From: Candidatus Omnitrophota bacterium
GTDB taxonomy: Bacteria; Omnitrophota; Gorgyraeia; Duberdicusellales; 4484-171
Direction of reading: 5' to 3'
Length of the DNA stretch: 64,000 bases
Assembly: GCA_014729775.1 (NCBI GenBank)
Contig: WJJJ01000031.1
Coordinates: 7,074 to 71,073, forward strand
Shown here: piece after piece, positions 1 to 9,715 of the stretch
Layout: the number at the start of each line of letters is the position of its first letter
How positions within the stretch are numbered: position 1 is the stretch's first letter
The notes under the pieces: generated by a model
What the model saw: the letters and a program-made list of their open reading frames with translations, nothing else
Databases searched by the model: none
What the model was told of the DNA's origin: nothing
Program-made: the position numbers and the translations under genes

Positions 1-691
1 GGATGAACTTAATTTTCAGTTTCATACCGGCGTGGGCCAGGGTTTGTTCGATTTCAGGTACATGCTGATGCGTGAACGGTTTGTACGCCCAGATGTTGCC
101 TTCGATATTTGCGTAGTGATATTCAATGAGTGCTTTTCTCCCCGCTCCTGTCACGGATGATTTTGCGTCGACCCATACCCCGGGCATAATCGCGTTATTT
201 TTCACCAGCGGATAGAGCGCGAGCGAGACCGAAGTGGCGTAACACCCGGGATTGGCGATAAGGTCTGCGCCCGTGATTTGGTTTCGGTTGAGTTCGCAGA
301 TTCCGTAGACCGCCCGGGAAAGATTCTTTTTATCGAGGTGAGCGGTATTGAAATATTTTTTGTATACGGCGGCCGAAGGGAAGCGGTAATCGGCCGACAG
401 GTCGATTACTTTCTTGTTTTTCCGCAGAAGTTCCGGTACATACCGCATGGAAACGGTGTGCGGCAGGGAAAGGAAGAAAATATCGGCTTTTTTGGCCGCG
501 GCGGAGATATCCAGCGGACTGCACAGCACATCAAGACGGTGGGTGAACCGGGGAAAAAGCGAGGCGTAGGCAACCGGTTTCGCAGTCCGCGAGGAAAGAT
601 ACGTGATTTCCACCTCAGGATGGGAAAGGAGCAGCTCAACGAGTTTTTCTCCGGTGAATCCGGTTGCACCGAGTATTGCGACTTTTTTCAT
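1..691 (-). CDS. argC: N-acetyl-gamma-glutamyl-phosphate reductase (5' part; runs off window start)
   Basis: Manual translation from ATG at 691: MKKVAILGATGFTG..., FLALPH-like FLSLPH, DLSADYR, IANPGCYATS catalytic motif. Confidence 0.93.
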   Translation of the reverse strand, partial: MKKVAILGATGFTGEKLVELLLSHPEVEITYLSSRTAKPVAYASLFPRFTHRLDVLCSPLDISAAAKKADIFFLSLPHTVSMRYVPELLRKNKKVIDLSADYRFPSAAVYKKYFNTAHLDKKNLSRAVYGICELNRNQITGADLIANPGCYATSVSLALYPLVKNNAIMPGVWVDAKSSVTGAGRKALIEYHYANIEGNIWAYKPFTHQHVPEIEQTLAHAGMKLKIKFI

Positions 692-806
692 TTCCTCATT
701 CCTCTCCTGCTCCGCCGCGCGTATTTGTTCGCGCGGCTATTCCGGGCAATTTAATTATCTTAAACGAAAATTTGGTACTGGTCAATATAATTGTGGCGCC
801 GGCCGT

Positions 807-1517
807 TCACGCCGTCGGTGAAGGATTCAGGGGACATTCCTTGTGGTGTTCGGGGCAGTACCCGTATCGGGCGCACTTAGGCCCGGCGAACCGGAACGCT
901 TCCGGCAGGATTTTGTTGCAGGCGCCGAGCATTTCTGCGGCCAGGGACCGGATTTCCCACTGGGCGCGGATGCAGAGGCGTTCGCCGAAAAAATGGAACA
1001 GTTCCCGGACGTTCATGGTGAGTACGATCTTCGTTTCCGCTGCCTGGGGGAGCAAAAAACGCAGATCCTGGTTGATCTGTTCCCTGTTCAACTCGGTTGT
1101 CCGTTCCAGCAGCTGTTTTAACTCTTGGTAGGCGGCGGTGAGTGAAGCGACGGCCGCCTGAAATTTTTTGTTTCCTTCGGGATGATCGCGTACCGCTTTG
1201 GGAGTGATATAGGGAAATTGGTCCATATCAACGTAGCGCTGGCTTTGTTGGGAGTATGACGCCAGGCGGTGTCGCACAAGCTGATGGGAGCATACCCGCG
1301 AAATTCCTTCGACCGCGAACGTGAAATTGACGTGTTCCAGCGGCGAAAGGTGTCCCCGCCGGATGAGGTGTTCGATGAACCGCGCGATTTTCTCGGAAGA
1401 AAGATTTTCCGAAGACCGGAATGTTTCGGCGGCCGTCTGTTTGGAATAACACTGCCGCGCCGCCGCGTAAATAAGTTTCTGCGGATTATGCGGATAAGAA
1501 AGCAGTTCGACTTTCAT
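807..1517 (-). CDS. thyX: FAD-dependent thymidylate synthase
   Basis: GHLSPLEH, RHRLASYSQQSQRY ThyX signature, AQWEIR; start at 1517 or 1523. Confidence 0.95.
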   Translation of the reverse strand: MKVELLSYPHNPQKLIYAAARQCYSKQTAAETFRSSENLSSEKIARFIEHLIRRGHLSPLEHVNFTFAVEGISRVCSHQLVRHRLASYSQQSQRYVDMDQFPYITPKAVRDHPEGNKKFQAAVASLTAAYQELKQLLERTTELNREQINQDLRFLLPQAAETKIVLTMNVRELFHFFGERLCIRAQWEIRSLAAEMLGACNKILPEAFRFAGPKCARYGYCPEHHKECPLNPSPTA

Positions 1518-1541
1518 GTGCATGCAACGTAAAAAGACTGA

Positions 1542-2042
1542 TTAACTGCAATGCGGGACGGGCATGGATTTGCGGGCGCGCGTCCATTCATATGCGCCGA
1601 ATGCGACCCCGGCGTATATGAGGTTTGCCGTTAAGGATATTCTGAGAAACGGGAGCGCTCTTACATAACAGGTCAGAAGCCCGTTGACAGTATGCGGGTA
1701 CCATCCGATCATCCATACTCCGAAATTCGTTACCAGGTAAAACAGGAGCGAAGAACCGAGCGTGTATCCGGCAATTCGTCCCGTTGATATTCGGCCGCGC
1801 AGGCGGGTTCCGATCAGGTAAATCAGCGCCGCGCTTCCCCAGGTAAACAGCACTGCTCCGTGCAGGCCGAGCATCATATCCGAAATGACGTACATTCCCA
1901 GGGGAAGCAGAATCCCTCCCTTCTTATGGGGGGCATAGGCGGCCGCGAATAACGCGAAGGCCGCGAGCGGCGAGAAATTCGGCACATGCGGGATCAGGCG
2001 TGCCCCTATTCCGAAGACGAGTAATAGCAGGTATAACCACAT
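1542..2042 (-). CDS. DUF6580-like putative membrane transport protein
   Basis: RLIPHVPNFSP, FYLVTNFGVW, CY..ALPF motifs; hydrophobic throughout. Confidence 0.7.
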   Translation of the reverse strand: MWLYLLLLVFGIGARLIPHVPNFSPLAAFALFAAAYAPHKKGGILLPLGMYVISDMMLGLHGAVLFTWGSAALIYLIGTRLRGRISTGRIAGYTLGSSLLFYLVTNFGVWMIGWYPHTVNGLLTCYVRALPFLRISLTANLIYAGVAFGAYEWTRARKSMPVPHCS

Positions 2043-2107
2043 GACAGTATCCTATCAGAGACGGTGCGATTGTCAATACTCTTTGTCCGCATTGTCAGCG
2101 CGGTGCG

Positions 2108-2872
2108 CTAAAAGCGGACGATTTCCCGGATTTTTTTATGGAGGAACCCGTTCGAACCGATATACCCGATTGTGCTGTGGAGGATGTCGTTCCCTTTGAG
2201 ATCGGTGATTGTTCCTCCGGCCTCCCGAATAAGCGTTACTCCTCCGGCGAAATCCCACGGCCGGTCGTGAAATTCCACGCTGAAATCGATTTTCCCTTCG
2301 GCGAGATAAGAGAGTGCGCGGACGGAAGATCCGAACATCCGGATATTGAAAACCTGAACCGATAATTGTTTCAGGATTTTCAGCATTACTTCAGGCGAGT
2401 ACCTGATACTGGAATCAAAGGAAATCGAACTTTGAACCATATCCGCGGTATTCGAGACCGAGATCTTCCGTTCGTTTTTATACGCGCCGTTCCCCTCCTC
2501 CCCCACGTACAGCTCGTTTTCCAGAGGCATATATATTACGCCCGCGACGAAGTGTTCCTTATAAAGAATGCCGATGGAAACTCCGAAGACGTGAATCCCC
2601 CGGATAAAATTATGGGTACCGTCAAGAGGATCGATGATCCACAGGTAATCGCTTTTCATTCCCTGCTTTCCGCCTTCCTCCCCGATGATGGAGTGGGTGG
2701 GGAACTGGGCTGATATTTTTTCAACGATCATTTTTTCCGCGGTCTGATCCAGATCGGTTACCAGATTACGGTCACCTTTCTGCTCTACGCGCGAAATGCG
2801 GCCGAAATTTTTCGCGAGGAAATTACCCGCTTCCCGCGCCGCGTCCGCCGCGACAGTCACGATTTCTTTCAC
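2108..2872 (-). CDS. suhB: Inositol monophosphatase family protein
   Basis: IGEE, WIIDPLDGTHNF, PWDFAGG motifs. Confidence 0.9.
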   Translation of the reverse strand: MKEIVTVAADAAREAGNFLAKNFGRISRVEQKGDRNLVTDLDQTAEKMIVEKISAQFPTHSIIGEEGGKQGMKSDYLWIIDPLDGTHNFIRGIHVFGVSIGILYKEHFVAGVIYMPLENELYVGEEGNGAYKNERKISVSNTADMVQSSISFDSSIRYSPEVMLKILKQLSVQVFNIRMFGSSVRALSYLAEGKIDFSVEFHDRPWDFAGGVTLIREAGGTITDLKGNDILHSTIGYIGSNGFLHKKIREIVRF

Positions 2873-2884
2873 GATGTTCCTCCT

Positions 2885-3334
2885 TTAGCGGTACCGCTTT
2901 AGTTCACGGTCAGTTTCACGTTGTACGATTTTTTCCTTGATCTTTTTCCGTTTATCGAATACTTTTCTCCCTTTTCCCAGGGCCAGTTGAATTTTCGCGA
3001 CTCCCCGATCATTAAAATATACTTTCAGCGGGATCAACGTGTAGCCTTTCTGGGTGGTCAGGCCGATCAATTTTTTTATTTCCCGTTTGTGTAGCAGTAA
3101 TTTCCTGGTCCGCCGCGGATCGGGTTTGAATACCGAGGATTTTTCGTATTCCGGAATATGCATCTGGTAGACAAAGACTTCTCCTCCTTCGACCCGGGCA
3201 AAGCTTTCGTCCAGCGAACAGCCGCGCGTTCGTAACGATTTCACCTCATTCCCTTTGAGTTCGATTCCGGTTTCCCAGGTATTGAGAATGTCATAGTTAT
3301 GTTTTGCTTTTTTGTTTGAGGCGACGGTTCTCAT
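2885..3334 (-). CDS. smpB: SsrA-binding protein
   Basis: NKKAKHNY, GIELKGNEVKSLR, RKLLLHKREI. Confidence 0.97.
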   Translation of the reverse strand: MRTVASNKKAKHNYDILNTWETGIELKGNEVKSLRTRGCSLDESFARVEGGEVFVYQMHIPEYEKSSVFKPDPRRTRKLLLHKREIKKLIGLTTQKGYTLIPLKVYFNDRGVAKIQLALGKGRKVFDKRKKIKEKIVQRETDRELKRYR

Positions 3335-3335
3335 C

Positions 3336-4283
3336 TTACCAAGAAAATCCGCTTATACGTAAATATAATCCGAGCCACAGGGGGATCGTGAATATGCTGA
3401 ACAGGTGAGTTACAAGGACCCCCTGGGAGACGAATTCACTGTCAGCGCGGCGCATGTCGGCCACGATCGGCAGTGAGGCCGCCGAAGGCATCGCCGCTTC
3501 GAGAATCACGAACGTCCCGAACAGCGAGTAGATCCGGAAGTACACCAATCCCGCCAGGAAGATTCCCGGAAGCACGAACAATTTGACCGCGGTTACGAGG
3601 CCCAGACTGGCAAGCTGGCGCATCGCTCCTCCCAGCCGGACTCGAGCCAGCCAGCAGCCCAGGATCAGCATCGACAGCACGAAGCTGGTGTCACCGATCA
3701 TTTTCATCGGGTAAAGGACTACCCGGGGAACGTACTCGCTGATTCCCAGCCATACGAATATGACGGCGAGAATAGTACTGGAGACCGGAGGGGTGAACAA
3801 TGAGCGCAGCCGGAACTCTTCTCCCTCGCGTTTAAAAATAAAAAAACTCCCCAGCGACCACATAATGACGTTGAATCCGAGCAGATAGAAAAAAATATAT
3901 ACCAGGAATTCTTCGCGCAGGGCGGCCGGAAATAGGAACAGGGCCAGGTTCATCGGCAAATACCCGCTGTTCTGAAATCCGGCAAGACTGGTGATCTCGC
4001 TTTGTTTTTGTCTGCCGGGCAGCAACCGCGCACCCTGGGCGAGCAGCGCTCCGGTACCGAAAATGGCCACGCTCAGAAGCAGGAAATTCCACGGCGCGTG
4101 CGTGCGTACCAGGTGAGCGTTTTCCAGGAAATGAGAGAAGATCAGAAACGGGATCGTGAGGTTAATCACGAAAAAGGTCAAAAACTGCAGGGTTTTCTGC
4201 TCAATGACCCTTTTGCGGGACAGAATGAATCCGAGCAGCGAAATTAAAACCAGTTTGATAACGGCTGAAGAAACGATCCACAT
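3336..4283 (-). CDS. AEC (auxin efflux carrier/malate permease) family transporter
   Basis: ~10 TM segments, FQNSGYLP, EAAMPSA, TIPLW motifs. Confidence 0.85.
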   Translation of the reverse strand: MWIVSSAVIKLVLISLLGFILSRKRVIEQKTLQFLTFFVINLTIPFLIFSHFLENAHLVRTHAPWNFLLLSVAIFGTGALLAQGARLLPGRQKQSEITSLAGFQNSGYLPMNLALFLFPAALREEFLVYIFFYLLGFNVIMWSLGSFFIFKREGEEFRLRSLFTPPVSSTILAVIFVWLGISEYVPRVVLYPMKMIGDTSFVLSMLILGCWLARVRLGGAMRQLASLGLVTAVKLFVLPGIFLAGLVYFRIYSLFGTFVILEAAMPSAASLPIVADMRRADSEFVSQGVLVTHLFSIFTIPLWLGLYLRISGFSW

Positions 4284-4377
4284 AAGGCCTTATTATAGCA
4301 CAGGATCGGCTTGAGTCCATGAATACGTGGAGTGTTTATTGCACGAGCGCGTATGATGGATATCGTGGACGAGGACA

Positions 4378-4459
4378 TGCGGAAGGGGGGAGTTGAACCC
4401 CCACGGTGTTACCCACTAGACCCTGAACCTAGCGCGTCTGCCTATTCCGCCACTTCCGC
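4378..4459 (-). tRNA. tRNA-Leu(CAG)
   Basis: GCGGAAG/CTTCCGC acceptor, anticodon arm CTAGG-TTCAGGG-TCTAG, long variable arm, GTTCAA T-loop; CCA not encoded. Confidence 0.95.
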
Positions 4460-4638
4460 ATATGGATATTTCCTCTAAAAAGAACTGCTACGAAATTTTT
4501 CCTGAGGATTTCTCTCTCCGTCAGAAACGCGGGAACCACGATGAACGGATCATTCTTCGCCTACGGCGAAGCGTGGTTGCCGCCACTTCCGCAATACGTA
4601 CTTTTCTCAAGGAATCTGGATCGCCGCTGAATTAACAA

Positions 4639-4666
4639 ATTATAGCAGAAAATATGTTCTTGCCAA
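4639..4666 (-). promoter_or_regulatory. Putative sigma70 promoter upstream of tRNA-Leu
   Basis: TTGGCA-16 nt-TATAAT on the minus strand. Confidence 0.6.
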
Positions 4667-4786
4667 GGTTTATCTTACAGAATAGCTGACTGTGTGCTTG
4701 GTGGGTATCTCGAGCTTACCGTTTTCTCAATTCCCGCTTCTTCTCTTCTTCTCCAGCATCAAGGATCATGGATCCAGGATCTGTCT

Positions 4787-5155
4787 TCAATAGACCAGGT
4801 TCTTCTCCCGCGGTGCGTTGCGGTTATTGATGTAGGTAACAGTACAGGTGCCGTCCCGTTTGTCGATCGTTACTTCATAGACGGAGGGACGGTAGAATTC
4901 ACTGATGTTCGTTTTTTTTCCGTAGAAGCGGATGAGCCAGGCATTTTTTTCGGATAACTCCTCAATTGCCGGAGCGGCTACGCGGTAGCGGTACTTGTAG
5001 GGGGTTTCGATGATATGGTTTTGCGCCAGGAGAACCGCTTCTTCGCGGGATACCCCGTCGGCACAGTCGACGGTTCCCATTCGCTGATAAATCGCGTTCG
5101 TGCTGGCACACCCGGTCCACAATACGAGAATCAGTAATGCGCGAAGTATGTTCAT
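4787..5155 (-). CDS. Hypothetical lipoprotein
   Basis: GGAGG RBS before ATG 5155; MNILRALLILVLWTG-C lipobox. Confidence 0.7.
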   Translation of the reverse strand: MNILRALLILVLWTGCASTNAIYQRMGTVDCADGVSREEAVLLAQNHIIETPYKYRYRVAAPAIEELSEKNAWLIRFYGKKTNISEFYRPSVYEVTIDKRDGTCTVTYINNRNAPREKNLVY

Positions 5156-5157
5156 TT

Positions 5158-5826
5158 TTATTCCTCCATTTTGATCTCTATTTGCGCGAGATAATTCTCG
5201 ATGAAACCAATGATCGGATGTTCTTGTTCGTAGTGCGCCGATTCCAGAAAAAGATCTTTCGCTCTGAGAAAGTTCTTTTTCGCCTTTCCGTATTCCTGAA
5301 GATAAAAATAGCATTGCGCTTTGGCGTCGAATATTCGGGGGTTATCCGTTTCCAGAGATTCGATTTCTTCAAATATCCGTAATGCCGTACGGAATTGACG
5401 CCGGCTGAAATAGACCCAGCCCAGCCCTTCATGAGCCTCGATGAGATCCCGATCACGCGCGAGCGCTTTACGGAATAACGATTCCGCTTCCGGTAGCATG
5501 TTTCTCAACAAAAAGTGTTCTCCCTGCGCGGCGTAGCGTCTTGCCAGATCGTTCCTGTCGGAATTGGATGCCCGCGCGGTTTTCTCATCCGGAGACCGGG
5601 AAGCGGGCGCAACCCTCCGGCCGTCGATAGATTCGATTTCTGTGAGAAAGTATACCAGGGGAATTCCGTGGTGATCGACAGTGACCGTCCGGTTTGTTTG
5701 ACCGATGACCGGCTTGGTCGTTTGTGTCCCGTTTTTAAAACGAATCAGTTCGGGCAATGCTCGGGGGGGAAAGATCGACAGAAGCATGCTGAAAAAGAGA
5801 AAGAAGAATATCCGGGGGTGTTTCAT
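5158..5826 (-). CDS. Exported tetratricopeptide-repeat protein
   Basis: Signal peptide; C-terminal TPRs (AHEGLGWVYF..., AQCYFYLQEYGKAKKNF). Confidence 0.8.
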   Translation of the reverse strand: MKHPRIFFFLFFSMLLSIFPPRALPELIRFKNGTQTTKPVIGQTNRTVTVDHHGIPLVYFLTEIESIDGRRVAPASRSPDEKTARASNSDRNDLARRYAAQGEHFLLRNMLPEAESLFRKALARDRDLIEAHEGLGWVYFSRRQFRTALRIFEEIESLETDNPRIFDAKAQCYFYLQEYGKAKKNFLRAKDLFLESAHYEQEHPIIGFIENYLAQIEIKMEE

Positions 5827-5871
5827 TTCGCCGTTGTTTGCATATACAGAGAACCGGGACTGTCCGGCAGT

Positions 5872-6234
5872 TTAACTTTGCGCGAGCCCGGTAATCAGCG
5901 CGCCGAAAATTGCAATTCCGGCGATAAGGACATATGCCAAAGACAAGCAGACTCCGATGATGGCAAATATGCCGAGTATTTTGATAATCAATCCTAAATT
6001 TTGAAGACCCGTGCGTGCGGCGGCAGCATCATCTGTATCCTCAGCCTCGCCAAGATTGTTCGCGGTTTTCAGCGAGAGTATGCCGATCCACAGCGGTATC
6101 CATCCGAAAAGAGCTCCGATAATTGTCAGACACTGAAGAGCGCCGGTCACAATATGGACGATACCGAGGAATTTCAACCAGCCCTTCACTTCGTATAACG
6201 GACGCATGATATGTTGGGTCGACTGTTCTTCCAC
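5872..6234 (-). CDS. DUF5362-like small membrane protein
   Basis: GWLKFLGI...CLTIIGALFGWIPLWIG motif; AAAGGAGG RBS, GTG start. Confidence 0.75.
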   Translation of the reverse strand: MEEQSTQHIMRPLYEVKGWLKFLGIVHIVTGALQCLTIIGALFGWIPLWIGILSLKTANNLGEAEDTDDAAAARTGLQNLGLIIKILGIFAIIGVCLSLAYVLIAGIAIFGALITGLAQS

Positions 6235-6436
6235 CGGACCTCCTTTTTCTCTCGATCACATAGTATCGGCAATTCGTGCATACCGCACACGAATCTATTA
6301 TACTCTGGAAGTACTTACCGGCGCAAGAAAAGAAATTTCTTCTCTCCATGGAAAGTACTTCCCTCTTAAGAATATTTTGATACAATAGAACGTCCGAGCC
6401 CGTTGGGTTTTGGCCCCGGCAAAGATGCGATACGCC

Positions 6437-6525
6437 GGAGAGGTGTCCGAGTCTGGTTGAAGGAGCTGGTCTCGAAAACCAGTGTAGGCGTAAGTCTACC
6501 GAGAGTTCGAATCTCTCCCTCTCCG
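6437..6525 (+). tRNA. tRNA-Ser(CGA)
   Basis: GGAGAGG/CCTCTCC acceptor, CTGGT-CTCGAAA-ACCAG anticodon arm, long variable arm. Confidence 0.95.
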
Positions 6526-6622
6526 TTTTTTTCGCAAAGATTATGACGAGCCCGACATCCCTTCGGGAGAGCGGCGGCGCAATTTCACCCATCCCCTGCA
6601 TGCCAAAGGAACACCGTATGTT

Positions 6623-7087
6623 TCACGGAATCTGTATCCTTGTTCCGCCGGAACGGTAGACGTCGAGTTCCTGCGACATTTCGTTCAATTCAGGAAGATG
6701 TTTTTTGACGACCGCGAGTTCTTCGGGGGTCAGCGGCGGCCCTCCCAGAGGGTTTTTTGAAATAAAGGGGCTGTCCAGTGATTCCCGGTACTGGGTCATT
6801 TGTTCCGCCTGCATCCACGCCGAGAGTACACGCGCGGCCAAGACGGAATATTCCATCTCGGTGAGTTCGTATTTATTGAGGACTTCTTGCATTTCGCGGT
6901 AGTTTCGCACGTTCGTCCCGTCGCCGTTTCCTTCTCCGGAAGGACGCAGCGCCTGATCGAGTTCCCTGGTGATGTTCATGTAGGTGCGGATATTTGCTTC
7001 AGTGATTTTTATCTGCGGAAGTTCCTGTGCCTGCGCGCCGAGGAACATGATCCAAAGTGCCGGAAATACCACGAGGAAACGTTTCAT
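6623..7087 (-). CDS. Hypothetical exported helical protein
   Basis: AAAGGAG RBS; signal peptide ending AQA. Confidence 0.7.
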   Translation of the reverse strand: MKRFLVVFPALWIMFLGAQAQELPQIKITEANIRTYMNITRELDQALRPSGEGNGDGTNVRNYREMQEVLNKYELTEMEYSVLAARVLSAWMQAEQMTQYRESLDSPFISKNPLGGPPLTPEELAVVKKHLPELNEMSQELDVYRSGGTRIQIP

Positions 7088-7283
7088 TCAGAGCTCCTTT
7101 CTTTGTGAATGATTTCTGGTAATACGCATCATTATATTATATACCATATTCTTTCCGAAAATACGAATGCGGGCGCGATAGGAACGAAAGGACCGCTTTC
7201 TCAACGCGGGATTCGAAGGACTGGTAGTTGGGCGAGAGGATTTATGGTATAATTGCGCCTAGGGGTTTCCCAAGTATATATTC

Positions 7284-8258
7284 ATGGGTATTTTTATGAA
7301 TCCTCACGAAAAAAAGAAATTTCTTTTCTATACCTGTTTCGCAGTGGCATGTTTTGCCTTCGTGGTACTATTAGAACTGCTGGTGTCTGCTCCCTCCGCT
7401 TCCGTGGGCGATTTCCCGCAGACGGACCCGGCGCGTATGCGTGCGACTCCCCCCGTGCTTTTCTTCCTGGTGGTGTATTTCGGTGTATTCTTCGCCGGGC
7501 TGTGGAATTTAGGCGTGTGCGCCCACCGTAAACTGCGCGGCCTTTCCTTGTTCGATTTTCGGGCTCGGGTCCGTCGTTTGCCGGTTTCCGCGGTCGGGGC
7601 GAGTCAAATTTTCTTTTTCGTCGCAGCGTTTCTCGTGATTCTGCAGATTGTGACGCTGGTACTCGTCCTTTGGCTGGAGATGGTGTCGATGACTCTCGCG
7701 GTCATCCTTAATTTCGCTCTCCAGGTCGGCGTAGTGGCCGTACTGCTGCGCTCTCTTTCAGGCGAGTTTCTGAATGTGAAGGAGGGTGCCCGGCACACAA
7801 AGATGGTGCTGCGGTTGTTTACCGCGTCTCTGCCGCTGTTACTATTTGCGGTGATATTGAATGCGTTCCTGGTGAGACTGCTCCCCATTGAACCGTCGAT
7901 GAATCCTGCGGTACAGATGGTTTTGGCACTGCCTGAGGGGCCGCTGCTCCTGCTCTTCATCATTCAGGGCGTGATACTCGCGCCGCTGGCCGAGGAGCTT
8001 TTTTTCCGGGTCTTCGCGTTTAAACTCCTGCGGCGCAGGTGGGCGTTCTGGCCCGCGGCGGCACTGTTGTCGTCGGTATTCGCGGTGATCCACCGCGCTT
8101 CAGTCAATATCCTTCCGCTTTTCGTGCTGAGCATGGTCCTCTGTTACCTGTATGAAAAAACGCAGAGTGCCTTTCCTCCCATTCTCTTTCATGCCGTATT
8201 TAACGGATTCAACTTCATCATGGTGTTATTGGTAAAAGCGCAGATTACGGCGGGATAG
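7284..8258 (+). CDS. CPBP family intramembrane glutamic endopeptidase (CAAX/Abi)
   Basis: APLAEELFFR, FAVIH, HAVFN motifs; multi-TM. Confidence 0.9.
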   Translation: MGIFMNPHEKKKFLFYTCFAVACFAFVVLLELLVSAPSASVGDFPQTDPARMRATPPVLFFLVVYFGVFFAGLWNLGVCAHRKLRGLSLFDFRARVRRLPVSAVGASQIFFFVAAFLVILQIVTLVLVLWLEMVSMTLAVILNFALQVGVVAVLLRSLSGEFLNVKEGARHTKMVLRLFTASLPLLLFAVILNAFLVRLLPIEPSMNPAVQMVLALPEGPLLLLFIIQGVILAPLAEELFFRVFAFKLLRRRWAFWPAAALLSSVFAVIHRASVNILPLFVLSMVLCYLYEKTQSAFPPILFHAVFNGFNFIMVLLVKAQITAG

Positions 8259-8273
8259 CGCCCTCGCGCGCCT

Positions 8274-9050
8274 TTACCGCAGTTGGTGCATGTAGTCCTG
8301 GACATCCAGCGGAAGGCGGAGCTGTTCCTTAATGTGGCGGATCCTCTGCTGGGCATAGGGGTGGGTGCGGAAATAGGAAATCGGCCGTATTTTACGTTTT
8401 CCGGCCGCTTTCAGCTTCTCCAGTGCTCTGATGCCGGCTTGAGGGTCAAACCCCGCCTTTTCGGCGTATTTTACGGCCAATTCGTCGGCGTTATACTCGT
8501 CTTCGCGGGAATAAGCGACAAAAATCTGTCCCAGAGCGAAGTTGAGCCCCCGGACGAATTCCGGGTCTGCCGGGGCCTGGGTGGCGGCCGCGAGAAGAAT
8601 ATGATAACCGGTCGCCGCCTGCATTCGTTTGATGGCGTGACGGCTCACGATATGTCCGATTTCATGCGCGATTACAAAGGCCAGTTCGTCGTCGGTGAGT
8701 TCGTTCAGCAGGCCCTCGTAAATATACACGTGTCCTCCGGGAATACTGAATGCGTTCATTTCGTCTTGTTCAATCACGTAGACATAATAATTGAGCGCGG
8801 TCCGGTCGACTACGTCGACGATTTTTTTTCTGATTTCCTCTACCCGCGATAGATAATAGGGATTTTTGGAAAGGGGCAGTTCTTCTTCTTCGGCGATACG
8901 TGCGGCCAGATTCCTTCCCAGCGCGATTTCCCGGGAGGTAGAGTACAGCATAAGATCCTGGGAATGTGATCCGGCGTTGTATTCGGTAGTGACACATCCG
9001 GAAAGCACGGCTGCGATCAGGATGAGCTGGGCCAGGCGGCAGAAGTTCAT
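8274..9050 (-). CDS. M48 family zinc metallopeptidase lipoprotein (BepA/LoiP-like)
   Basis: LSGC lipobox, NAFSIPGG, AHEIGH, YSREDEYNAD, THP. Confidence 0.9.
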   Translation of the reverse strand: MNFCRLAQLILIAAVLSGCVTTEYNAGSHSQDLMLYSTSREIALGRNLAARIAEEEELPLSKNPYYLSRVEEIRKKIVDVVDRTALNYYVYVIEQDEMNAFSIPGGHVYIYEGLLNELTDDELAFVIAHEIGHIVSRHAIKRMQAATGYHILLAAATQAPADPEFVRGLNFALGQIFVAYSREDEYNADELAVKYAEKAGFDPQAGIRALEKLKAAGKRKIRPISYFRTHPYAQQRIRHIKEQLRLPLDVQDYMHQLR

Positions 9051-9081
9051 AATAGGGATCTCTTTGCTCCCGGATTTGAGT

Positions 9082-9615
9082 TTACAGGAAGTCTGCGGGA
9101 GTAAACAACGCATCCAGCGGGCAGCCGTGTGATGCCAGTGCTTCTGCTGCTCCCTCCTGACGATCGATCACGGTATAGGCCCGGCTTACTTCGATATCGT
9201 GTTCTTTCAGCACGTTGAGTGAGTGGATCAGCGACCCGCCGCTGGTGGCTACGTCGTCCAGGATGACCGCTTTGGTACCGGGAGAAAGTTCCTTCCCTTC
9301 GATCATTTTCTGTTGGCCGTGTTTTTTCGGCGTTTTTCGGATGAGGAAGGCATGCATATTTTTTCCGGATTGATACGCGCATACACAGATCCCTCCGACG
9401 ATCGGGTCCGCTCCCAGCGTGGGACCTCCTATCACGGCGCAATTATCCCGCCGGATCCGTTCCCATAATAAAGAAGAAATGAGAAAAAGACCCTGTGACG
9501 TTAAGGAAACTCTCCGTACATCGATATAATAATCGCTTTCTTTTCCGGAAGAGAGCATGACCTTTTTTTTAAAGAATGCGTCTTTTTTCAGAAGGGCGAG
9601 CAGTTGGCTTTTCAT
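9082..9615 (-). CDS. pyrE: Orotate phosphoribosyltransferase
   Basis: LSSGKESDYYID, RKTPKKHG, VILDDVATSGGS PRPP motif. Confidence 0.95.
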   Translation of the reverse strand: MKSQLLALLKKDAFFKKKVMLSSGKESDYYIDVRRVSLTSQGLFLISSLLWERIRRDNCAVIGGPTLGADPIVGGICVCAYQSGKNMHAFLIRKTPKKHGQQKMIEGKELSPGTKAVILDDVATSGGSLIHSLNVLKEHDIEVSRAYTVIDRQEGAAEALASHGCPLDALFTPADFL

Positions 9616-9622
9616 AGAAGAT

Positions 9623-9673
9623 ATTATAGCCGGAAACGAAAAACTTGCAAGATGGACCTTTTTCCCATATAAT
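9623..9673. promoter_or_regulatory. Divergent promoters (pyrE / Na-Pi transporter) sharing palindromic -35 TTGCAA
   Basis: TTGCAA 9645-9650; TATAAT on + at 9668-9673 (17 nt) and on - at 9628-9623 (16 nt). Confidence 0.7.
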
Positions 9674-9715
9674 TTCTACACTGATTTCCTTCAGATGAAT
9701 CGATGAATTTCTGTC

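Noticed and set aside
2043-2107. Cobalamin riboswitch ahead of the DUF6580-like gene
   Set aside because: Gap is only 65 nt and the promoter abuts the ATG.
2885-3334. tmRNA next to smpB
   Set aside because: No ssrA-like ends (GGGGxxG...TCCACCA) found in neighbouring spacers.
4761-4782. Three 7-nt GGATC-containing tandem units
   Set aside because: Too short and degenerate to distinguish from chance.
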